Assembly (NCBI GenBank): GCA_000934665.2
Contig: JYFJ02001398.1
Coordinates: 1 to 64,000 of the forward strand
Reading direction: 5' to 3'
Length of the DNA stretch: 64,000 bases
Source of the DNA: Catajapyx aquilonaris
Lineage: Eukaryota
Part shown: positions 28,101 to 40,100 of the stretch, one piece after another
How positions within the stretch are numbered: position 1 is the first letter of the stretch
Layout of the letters: each line of letters starts with the position of its first letter
The notes under the pieces: model-generated
What the model saw: only the letters and a program-made list of their open reading frames with translations
The model's database searches: none
Told to the model about the DNA's origin: nothing
Made by a program: the position numbers and the translations under genes

Positions 28101-31100
28101 TTACAACCAGATAGGGTGTATAATAAAGGCTGCACATTCACTCACTCACATACGAGGCACACGCGAATAAGCCATGCCCTCCCTCTGGATCAATTCGGCC
28201 ATCACGTGACTAATTGGCCCCTCTCTCCCTCCTCGACCATTCCCACTTTTACTATTTTACTGCCTTACGTTATCATTTCCCCCCCCCCCCCNAGTCTAAG
28301 AAAGAGGATATGTATTGCTGCAAGATAACAAGGGATAATTATAATCCTGTTTAGGCTCACAAAACGTCGCATTGGAACGTAAACAATTGACAGTCACGAC
28401 TGACACGATTCTTCCACAACCACCATTTTGTTAGGATGATGGATGGGGAAGTCGATATCGGACCTCCAATTATGGCGTTCAAAATTCAATCGTTGCCTTT
28501 TTTTTGTCTGCTTTCATATTGGACCGTTGGCGTTTATGGAGTGACAACGGTTTCGGTTGTAACGGGTTCTGGGTTGTAAATAAAACGCGGATTACATTGT
28601 GTTTTACAACAAAAATAAATGTAGATCTGGGGGAGTGATTGTACATTTTATTCACGTAATGCGTGTGTTGTTGCGTTACAAATTACAGGTGGTATTAGTA
28701 AATAATAGCTGATAACATGGGGGCCGCCAGGTGGAACCTGTGGAGCGGAACTATCTAGGGGGTGACTATGGGCGTCAAATTTGCTATATACAGAAAATAT
28801 ACACGTGGGACCGGATTAATATGTAGGGGGGGCATTCATTTGCAGTGCTTACGGACTTTGCATACCGGAAATGTTTGCCAGCCAGCGTAATCACAGACTA
28901 AGCCAACAATCAAACGAGACACTTTAAATCAATTTTCCAAATCAAAGCTTTCGATCGAACCGATTGATGTGTCCATCACAAGAGTAACCCGCACCCTGAT
29001 TAATGACCGCCTTTCATCGATGAATAATGAAATAATTCCCAGAGATACCCCAAATAATGGAAAACAATTTGTTACCCACTGGTAATTGAACAGCACTTTA
29101 CTAGATAAGTAAATAAGCAGCTTGATTTGTGTATAATGTTTCAATAAAGCGAGCAACTATCCAATCGATAGTTGATAGTAATATACTGGTACTGTAATAT
29201 GCCCTGAAGCACATTACGTAAGGGTGCTTTAATTGACATTTACGAGTGTTGGACAATTATGTCATTGTGCTAGTATTAAAATGTGCCAATAGCATAATTA
29301 TTGTACGTTGTCAATACAAAAGATGGTGAGCAGTCATGAACATAATTATGTTAACAGTTAACATGTGAGTGTACAGTGTTGGACATTAATCGCGTCATAC
29401 TGCTAGCGACATCTTTCGATGCGGCAGAGTGTGAGCCGTGCGAGTAAGAACAGGTAGGCCTTTAGTGACGTCACAGGCTGGGGGGCAATGGAGAAAAGAC
29501 ATGTCCCCAGCCAAGGCTACCATTTCTTACTCGCACGGCTCGCACTTCGATTAGCACGTCTGCCGCATCACAGAATGTCGCTAGCAGTATGACGGAATTA
29601 ATGTCCAGCCAGGGAGCATACACTACATAAGCGGCGCAAACATTCGATTTCCGCGTCTCTCTGTTTGGGGCGTTGGCAAGGCTGGCGGCCATCTTGAAGT
29701 GTGGGGAACGCCAACGAGGTATAAATAGGGTACAGGCAAAAATAGGGTCCCTATCTTTGATTCGCGCGTGTTCTTGCCATGTAGTTGCCATTGCCGCCAA
29801 AACCATCAAAGATGGCGGACCCTATTTTTGCCTGTACCCTATTTATACCTCGTTGGCGTTCCCCACTCTTCAAGATGGCCGCCAGCCTTGGCAACGGCCC
29901 CAAACAGAGAGACGCGAACATCAAAGGCGCCGGCGAATTTGTATTATATAATTTCCTACATTTTGGTGCGAGGACAATGCTCCTAAAACGTAACAAATTC
30001 GGCACAACTACAAGCCTGCAATAATTATGAACGCTGCGTATACATAGCTATGCGTGATTCACGGTTCGGAGATTTGGAGATACCAATCGCCCGATTCGAG
30101 TTCAACACGAAATTATATGTTCATGCGAAAATGGAGGGGGGTATAGTAGGGGGTAGTGAGTGGGAAGGGTAGAGGTGTTTGCAACTCTGCGTGACGTCAC
30201 GATTCCGGGATGTGTTTGTCAGCTGCCGATCCTACCGATCGATGGACTATCGCGATGCTTTTTTGGCCCTGTGGCTGTCATGTGCACCCGGGGGTCAATT
30301 TAACAGCAACGTCGCGACCACGTGCCGAATTTTTTTTTTTTGGTGGGTGACTGAAACGTATATGGTCGAACAACGTTTGACCGAAATTCAGAAAGCCGAA
30401 TAAATATAAATCTACCGAACAACCGTCAGCCATTTTGATGAACGTACCTTTTACTACGAACAAAAGGGTTGATGAAGTGTTTTATTGGGATTTCTGGCGT
30501 AATGAGATTTTTGGAGCCTTCCTTCCAATTTCCTGGAGGAATGTGGCCGGAGGTTATTTCATACACTTTGCATTGCACGTCTCGGAGAAAACTTGGCGCT
30601 CTCAAAATCCCTGGCAGAAATCTTAATTAAAGGGTTGGGAAAGCATGGAAAATCCGGTTGATTATGTTGTATCGATTCACTCAGACGCAATTTTCTCCTT
30701 GAATGCACATCGATGACACTGTTAGAGAGGATATTATTAGGAACGCCCTAGCGAGTCTCCCATTATAGAGCATGTAGAGCAATTATTGCACTTTGGGAAA
30801 ACAAAAGGCCCGGAGATACTGTACCCTGACGTTCCTGGTGTTCTGATTACTTTCAAAAGCGTCAATAGAGGGCGATAAACGAGGAATTTCTAACATCCCA
30901 CCATTATTGGCGCCAAAATTGCTGGCAACGCTTTTTGGAAAAAAAATATTCGCCTTTGAAATTTTGTGGGAACGAGGATGGAATTGGTGTGACGTCACAT
31001 GCAAATTCCATACCAGGCAGGACCCGATGGCGTCAACTTTAAAATTACTAATTTAATCATGCTATAATTTAAAGGAAATCTGAAAACTTTAAAAAAAGTT

Positions 31101-34100
31101 GCAATTGCGCAGGCTACAATTGCGAAAGTAGCGACTGATTAGCTATGTATGCATGTACACACTCATTATGTTTAATTAGCCTTCATTAACATCGGATAAC
31201 CAGCGTGTCTAACATAGCCTACTTGTTTGCCGAACCCTGTGGGACAGCGAGAGGATATTCGCCACTATTACATTACAGGGCAACTTACCGATTTTATTGC
31301 ACTACAACCAGGACATGACGTCGACGTTTGTCACGGCCGACAATTTGTCTGCCTGCAATATTTATAAATAAAGGGCGTAGAAATGAAGGTGCTGATATAT
31401 TGGGACACGCTCTAGGGGCCTTGGGGAAGTCCCAATAGGTCTATCACCGCCATCATTACCTCGACTAGAATTTCGTGCGTGAAACCAACTTGATCATAAC
31501 GACAGCCTATGGATGGGCTCGACCTGAGGCTGAGAGCCCTCCAGCTAAATCGTCACCACCACTCCAAAGTTATCCTCTCAAAAAATTTTAAAAAAATGAG
31601 GTCCTGTAAGGTCCAAGTGATACATTTCCGAGGAAGGCAACTGGCCGTGACCACTTGGACGGAAGGCACTTTCGCCTTGAGTAATTCTAGACCTGGATCA
31701 CGTTCGTCGGGAGACCCCGTCGAGGACCATTGGTCTCCTGTCATCTTAGTCGTGAAACTGCATTCGAATAAAGATTGCGTCACATACGCTGGAAGTTCGA
31801 TGAACACATTTTCTACATCAGGTGGCCACATGATGAATATACCAGTGCTGAAAACCGTTTAACGTTGTTTTAAAATTCTGTAGTGTTAGACGTTAATCGC
31901 GACATACTGCTAGCGACATCTTTCGATGCGGCAGAGTGTGAGCCGTCCGAGTAAGAAGAGGTAGGCACTGAGTGACGTCACTGGCTGGGGACAAGCCTTT
32001 TCTCCATTGCCCCCCAGCCGGTGACGTCACTCAAGGCCTACCTCTTCTTACTCGCACGGCTCACACTCTGCCGCATCGCAAGATGTCGCTATTATGCGAT
32101 TCACGAGTCCTGGCCTGTTACAAGCCTTGCCTGTTATGTTCCTCCCCCGTCCTCCGCCCTCTGAAGGCGATGAGGTTGCCACGTCCGCGTCCGCCATGGC
32201 CTCACACGCCTGCCAGGAGGATGGGGGAGAGCACTTGGCAGCAGTGGATCGCATTGGGGGGTGTGGGGGGGGGGGGACAACCAGGCCTGGAAATACGAAG
32301 AACCACCTATCCCTTGTTGAGACCGAACCCCGCACCAATGGCTCCTACTCGCTGATTTCTTCCGCCGCTGACGTTGGGAGGAGGTGGGTGGAGCCTAACA
32401 GGCCAGGACTCGTGAATCGCATAATAGCAGTATGTATGACGCGATTAATTTCCAGCAGCACTGCTGTATGGCCACGGAAGGGTACAAAATGGTGCATAAC
32501 TCGCACTATGACCAAATATTCGGGATTTTAGAACGTTTCTATCATATTTTGATATTTGAGCTACCAGTGCTTTTATATACCGGTACAGATAGGCTATTTA
32601 AATCCTATTTTCTCATAGGCGAGAACCGTATCACACTCTAAATCACGCTTAACCTATTCGAACATCTCGGTGAAGTCTGTATCTTGAGAACGACCACCAA
32701 ACTACCGCAGCCCGAATCGTACCTCTCTCTTTTCGTGCCTGCAATCAGTTACAGCTTAGGATACTTGATGCTCCTAAAGTCTAGTCTGTCTTGAGACGCT
32801 GGCAGTAATCCTGTGGAATAGTACCCGCGGAATAAATAACGAGATTACCTGTTGAAGCAAAGGTTGGAGAATAGGACAGGACTCGTGACATTTTGAGGGC
32901 TGGTGAATGACATCAGGATAGACTTGCGGTTGCTTGCGGTCACCATGTTGCCTCCTTGAATAACCCTGGAAGAGCGACACTCTTGATATACCCCTAGTTT
33001 ACGGATCAGCCTGGGGTAATCACCCTAGGAAGTTTCAGACATTATTCTGTGTCCAACCCAGGCGGATTGCATCGCTCATTTTGATGGGGAAATGTCGCAG
33101 TGTTTTCTCCTAATGGTTTTCACTCACTTTAAAAATATGCCAAATTATTATAGTGCATTAATTTTGGGGCAGCAGCGTCTCTGTGCGGTAAGCCCCCACA
33201 ATTCCTTCAGAGCATAAATCCTGGGCTCCCTCTATTTGCCTTGGCATTCCCGCAGCAGTGATGGAAATATATGGCGTGTGCACAGCCATTTTGACTATTT
33301 ATTCATGGCCATCACTGCACCCCACGATTACTACTGATAGCCTATCCTTTTAGGACTACTCTCTTTTTTTTCCACCCGGAAGGTTCAAGAGCCACAAATT
33401 CTTTTTTGACTTCCAGAAAAGAGATATGGCCTACTCGTACTGGTAAATCAAATTTTGAGTGATTTATATGATTGTCATGCGTTTTTGAGCACACCGGATA
33501 ATTTTACTCAATAAGCTTCCTATTTTGAGCTTGTATGAGGCGCACATTACATTATGAATCCCTTTAGAAGTCTTAGTATAAAATATGAAACACAAGGAAG
33601 CTCAAACATGGATCTCAAATTTTTTTTACTAATTAATGGATACCCTTCCTTTAAAAGGAACTCCGGAAACTGTTGTAACACATGATACACGGGTCGAAAT
33701 ATTTTCCTTGGGCTAATGCATTTTTGAAGCGCCATTTAAACTGTTAATGGGACATTCGATCTACATGCGCGCGAAACAGTATTGGAATATGCTAAGTTTC
33801 ACAGTGCACTGTAATGCCAGGCACACATTTCCTAGTGTACGAAACTAGCTTAACCCCAGGCTCTTCATTTTAAAAGATAAAACAAAAGAGAAAAACCTGG
33901 TTCCAAGCTTCCAACAGTGGATCAACTCGATTCCTGAAATGTTAATATAAACCCACCCAATATGGCCAGAGAGCGAAAAAAAAAAGAAGTCAAAGTAAAT
34001 TTAGTTGACATATAAGAAGGGGATGGATACTGTAATTCCCTCTGGCGGGTTGTTTTCGTGGCCCGAGGCCATCAATCATGACGTCAGGTTGCCCCCCTCC

Positions 34101-37100
34101 CCCTATGGCCATCCCCTCCCTTTCTACCACCTACTCCCCCCCAGTGGAATTAAACTCGGGTAGCGTTGTTAATCATGATTAAGCCAACAATAGACCCCCA
34201 CCATCCCTCCCATCACTTTTATACCCACCCACTCTAAACCCCCCACCCACCTGCCCCTCTCTACCCCCCTCCNCCCCCCCCAAGGCGGTGACGTCACCGG
34301 GCATCGTTATTGATTGCCCCTTGTTGCCAAATTTTGCCAGACAGAATCAGCGCTGCCAAATCCAATTTTGGCATAAAATGGGTGTTGTTCAAGAACTGGT
34401 TACAAAAATATAACTAATATTTTTTTTTCTGATTCCAGGATGGACATGCGGAAGGACAATTCGCGCCTCTACTTGACTCCAGTCAGGATTACCAACTGCT
34501 ACGTGCATACGAGAATGACACCCACACAGTGTTCCGGTTTCGCCGGAAATATGACACCTGCGATCCACATGACTACCGGATCACCGTAAGTATTTCGCCC
34601 CGGAATATTATAATATAATATAATATAATATATATGTGTATATGTATATATGTGTATATGTATATGGGTGTATAGGTATGTGTATGTGTGTATATGTATA
34701 TACGATCTCATATATAGGAAACTTGGGGATATCCTGAAAGTGCGGCAACCGGGTGAGCAAAAATGCTTGAAGGGTTGCCTTGAATATTCAGGATAAACAA
34801 GCAGGCACATTAGCCAAGTGATGGTATCAAACTACAGCGTGCCATTATTCTAATGGGTCTGCTGGCACTTCATTACCGCATTGCCCTTATGACACGCTTC
34901 CTGATGGCAGCCAAACGTGACCCCNCCCCCCCCCTTTCCTATTGGATAATGCAATTCGCTACTGGATGTCACATTGTATGGTACACAAACACAAAAAAAA
35001 AAGTAAAGTAAATTTTATGTGGCTACCAGGACATTCCCTCGAGTTTTATCTTTCGTGTCCCTTAGTGCAGTGGTAATATAATCATCGCACTTAGTATTTA
35101 ATTTCGAGGGGAAACACGCAGGATTAGCTTTTGTATTATTACAAGGGTAAATTATGTGGGCACTTGTGGCCTAAGGGGGAGGCCAAAAAAACAATCCGGA
35201 AACTCCCCGTATATTGTTGAATAATAAAAAAAAAGACATGGCAGTCCCTCGTTGTTTTGTTCCGGATTACCTATCTCCAAGGCCCATTGTTTCTGGCCGC
35301 ACTTACCCGGATGATTAATCCGGAAGAAAAATTAATAATCAGTCACTACCGCTTTCCGTTTAATAAATCTCCGAGGGGTTTTTTTTTCCCAGGTTGGGCT
35401 GTAATCACATTCCATTGGCAACATTCTTCTGGTGTCCATGCCGTGTCGGGAGATTAGGTTTCAGAAGTAATCCAGTTATAGTCGGAGTTAATTTGCCACG
35501 GTGATGACTAAGGCTTCAAGTCATGTTACTTCAGAAAATGACGTGGTGAATAGTAATGCACGGAAATGGTGCTATCAGACCAACAATTAACATTTATTAC
35601 ATCTCGCCGGTGGTGTAATTTAATTTAAATTATTTGACAGGTGGGACAAGGTGTTGCATAAATGCACCCGAATAATTACTGGTGTAAAATAGCCATGAAG
35701 TTGAAAAAAAATTCACTAGACATACCCATCAGCATATCAAGTTGACATGCGTGTAATAATACAATGTAACGTGGTTCCGAAGTAAACAAATCCGTTCAGG
35801 CAGGTGACATCGGCTTGAAGTTGTCCTATTCATTCCCAGTCCAACTCCGACTGGTGGGGACAACCTGTCGGATAGTTTTGGAAAACCGAAATTCGACCAA
35901 CTCGCGGTGAAAATATAAAATCCTCTAGAAATAAGTTGCAATGCGGCTAATTTGGGCGAATTTGCAATACTCTTCGGTGTCTGTCGTGGTTTCGGACGTA
36001 CTCTAATTTGCGATGCAAATTCCTTAATGTTCCCTGTCCTAATTAATCGGGTTCCTTTCAAAATTATGCAGAATGGATCATAGATTTTGGAAAAATGTTT
36101 TTTCGCCCCCCCCCCAAAATGAGCTGTGGCTGCTACTTTTGAAATTTATTTATTTAAAGAGTATAACGCCTTTAATGTTGACAATCCTATTTCAGAATGA
36201 CACGGTGAGAATCCTGTTCGCCTATTGGCCAGATGATCCGGAAGGAGACGGTGAGGGTGCGGCGTTGCCATATCACGGTCCATTCAGAAGAGGAGCCAGG
36301 TCAGCCTACCTGCTGGAAAGGGTCACCCAGAGGCCAGTTCTGCCCCCTGGTGCCCGTGTCTGGGAACTTCGCAATCCGGATGTAAGTCAACCCTAATTAT
36401 TCTCGCATCCAGCATATAGCATGCACTTGGAATATTAGAAACATACAAAAATGCTACCTTTGAGGATTATATGGAAGCTACTTTCATAAGCTCCCTTTAT
36501 TAATTTTGTAAAAAAAAGTGTACCTGCGAAAGTTTGCCCAGGTTTAAAATTACCCTTTTAAAAAACTACTGATGAGAATTGACATTCTGTTCCCACTGGA
36601 AGCCGTTCCCAATTTCGGGCTGGCCTAAATAAATTAATGAAGTCCGAACTAATGTTCATATTAATGAGCCGTTGTGCATGGAGGCTTGTATATACTTGCG
36701 TTGTTATGTATGGCTTGATTTTAACGCAATTAAAGTTGGGGGGGACGTACCGACCACAGTTAGAAATAAAGTTTTCAAACGAGCTCCACGTGTGTCCACA
36801 ACACGCACTGTAGACAAAAAAAACACACAACAGCAGTGGAATCCGCAATATTGCAGAGACTGGCCAGTGTCATTTTGGAAATTGTCCATTTTATGAAACC
36901 TGCACGTACATTTGTCCAGTGTCTCTAGGTTTTGAAACTATTTTTTTGTGTGTGTGCTATATTGAATAAATGAAACCCCCTGCTGGCGGTGGATTTCAGA
37001 CTCAGACTTTGTTCTATAAGTCATATCGCAAGTTCGGTTTTTTTTTTTTTGGGGGGGGGGGGCGTAACAACACCCTCTCCCGGGGTTTTCACTCTTTGTT

Positions 37101-40100
37101 ATGTCGAGATCCAGGAGGAAAATAAAGTTTTTTTCTAAAGCCAGCTTATGTGTTGACAACCTCATGTCAAGCGAGCTTCTACTGCGTACACATTTTATGA
37201 GCTGACAAGTGAGTTACATTACGCATTCCGTTCCTCAAATGTTATTTTCTGCTAGGTTGCTAAAAAAAAACTTCACAAGCTTGAATATGCAGTTTTTTTT
37301 CCCAGCTTTTGTAATTACTTCCTAAGCAGCATCCGAAATCGAAAGCCTTTGCGCTCAAAAAAAAAAATTGACAAACGCCTCGAACAATATAGGCAAAAAA
37401 AAGTTGGCTCCAACTTTGAAATTTAAAACAGCAAAGCCCATCTTAAAACTCCTCTTCCAAAACCCCTCAGGTCAGGCACCATTAAACTTGCACACCGTTT
37501 ACAAAATTCAAGAGTTATGACCTCCTACCACTATCCTGTCTCCTTTTTTCACCATCATTTGCACCACCTTATTCCACCTTCTGGCATTTTGCCGGCTTTC
37601 CTGAATGTATAAGAAGTGTTTTGCAGACATAGTTTTTCGGCGGAAACCATTTGAGGTGTGTGCGTAAGGTTGGTCTCTTATCAGTTTCAAACTTGCTCTG
37701 GTGGTACCCATCATCTCTCAGGACCTCTCTTGCATTATGGATGATCCCACAGTGTGGTGTTTGTCTGCTAGAACTTCTTATCAGTTGTTGACCTGACAGG
37801 GTCACTCAGGTGGTCCAACCAGGCCGTTTCACAACAAGCCTACTATGCACACTCCTGCCATCTTCTGAGCAACTTCCGAGTTATTCCACTTGATTCCCAT
37901 TTTTACGTGACCCGAATCCCCAAGAAATGTCCATCCTGATCGTTTCGGTCCCGGACAGAACCCATTTAAGTGTCATTTGTATAAGAAAAGCGTGCTAGGG
38001 TAGAATAGAATTCCCTGACAATTCTCGCTTTGCACCCCCCCCCCCCCCTCTGAATCGGTCGATAAGTCAGTTCCCAGGGAAGGATGAAATCAGGTTGATG
38101 TAAAAAACGTTCCCTCTATACATGGGGGTCCACTCTATTTCAAGTCAAGTAACCCATGTCCGACGTTAAAATTTAAACACCCTGTACCCACTTTTTTGGG
38201 TACATATTGGAATTGGACTGGAGATGGAAAAGCGTAGCGTTAAGCTGCTATTGGATGCGTTTTCCATCATCCTGGAAAGTAAAAGAGGGGGGGGGAGGGT
38301 TAGAAGTCTAGAGGGGGGATATAGTAGGGAGTCTAGAGGGGATATAGTTGGAGGGGGGTTAGAGGGAGGGTTAAAGACGGAAACCCCTGCTGGAAATTGG
38401 GAGAGAATCGATACTTTCAAGGCTCTTCGGATCCAAAGGCAAATTTGCCACGGGAACTGCTTCCCATCGTGGAGGAATCTCTGGTCCCATACCTCGGATA
38501 CGGATTTAATTCGAATTGCACAAAGGGGAAGGTTGCATTCCACAGAGTTGGAGGCGCACTTTGTAGTAATGGAATCGGCCCGAGGAGCTAGATTTATTTT
38601 TTTTGGAGAGAGATAAAAAAAAATAGCTTCATGAAAGTACCTTGTTTTGTGAATTAGAAATAGGTATGGTGTTTATGTGCTAGTAACAGAGAGAAATAAT
38701 TTCTTTCCATGTCAGATTACAAGCACTAAATTACTTAGCAGAAAATTGCATCGGATTATTTCACCCGTTATTAAATGTGTATTGTAGCGTTTTGTTAGGC
38801 TGTACTGTACATACAGAAATTAATTGGTTGGCATTATAATGGCAATATACTGCTGACCAGTAAATAATTAGATAACCAAATGAAGGTAATGAAAACTGTT
38901 TACCTGTCGCATTATTTCTAGGGTATTGGTGTGTAACTGCATTGCATTGGGTAGGTGTATATTTAGAGCACCGGACAAAATTGGGGGGCTCAATTATTTC
39001 CCAGCATAATTGCAGCTGGAAAAATAGTTGCAACGCATTGGGTGCCTCAGGCACGGGTATTTTAAAAAATGCATTTAAAATACATTATTTATGATTTACC
39101 TCCCATTCCTGCAGTAAAAAATACACCAGAAATTTATTAACCCATTTATTGCAAAATAAAATACTGTATATTAAAATTTAAAAATCCAGACATTTGAGTT
39201 AATTACTAATTTACGTAATACATTTTAAATACATTATTTATCATTTACTGCCCATTCCGAGAATAAAAAATACATTTTCAGAAATTGACCAATTTCTTGC
39301 AAAATAAAATGTATTTAAATATAAAAATCCAGACGTTTGCGTTACTTACTAATTTTAATATATATTATTTGGCAAGAAATGGGTTAATACATTTTTGAAA
39401 ATGTATTTTTTATTGTAGGAATGGGAGGTAAATGTTAAAATAATTTTAGAAATAGTTTTTCCCTATACTTGGACCATTTTCAGATTCTTTCCCGCCGATT
39501 TGTCACTAATGACCAATGTACAATCATCAGGGTCGGTATATCCCGCACCATTTCGCGCCCATTTGCATCCACTCCGTTTAGCACCAATACCAACCCTATA
39601 AAAAAAACCAGGTTCCAAAAAAATGGAGACCAATCGCCGGCACTAAATTTGGTCGCACTCATTCCAGGCATGCACGATGAACATGGTGCCCTGGCCCATC
39701 CCTATTTTCCGCCACATTGGCCAAAAACAAGTATAAAATTCGAAATGCAGTGCAAAATCTAAGCATTGTGGGTAGGATCGTGTATACTACCGCTGGCACA
39801 TGGGCAATAAAAGTTTGGGCCATTGGGAGGCAGATTTTTTTTTTTTTTTTTTTCAGGGATGTAACCCAGCACGACGAACCTGTTGAAATCATGTACTGCT
39901 CGCAATCCAGCTGGAAGTAATGTCTAGTTAAAGTTGCAGGTCTCATTACCAGTGCCATCAACCGTCGAATGCTAGCACGCCCAGCAACTACCAACACCGA
40001 ATGAAACTTGAAACTCGCTAAAACATTGGCTGGAAACCGGATTTTCAGCCTCATTAATTAAGATCCTACACTAGAAAAAAAAAAAGTTGGGACTAATTTT

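Noticed and set aside
29471..30024. Overlapping similar ORFs on both strands
   Set aside because: Artefact of the foldback inverted repeat.
38166..38616. Overlapping 125-130 aa ORFs in MOXD1 intron 3 as a nested gene
   Set aside because: Low-complexity G/A-rich sequence with no recognisable domain.
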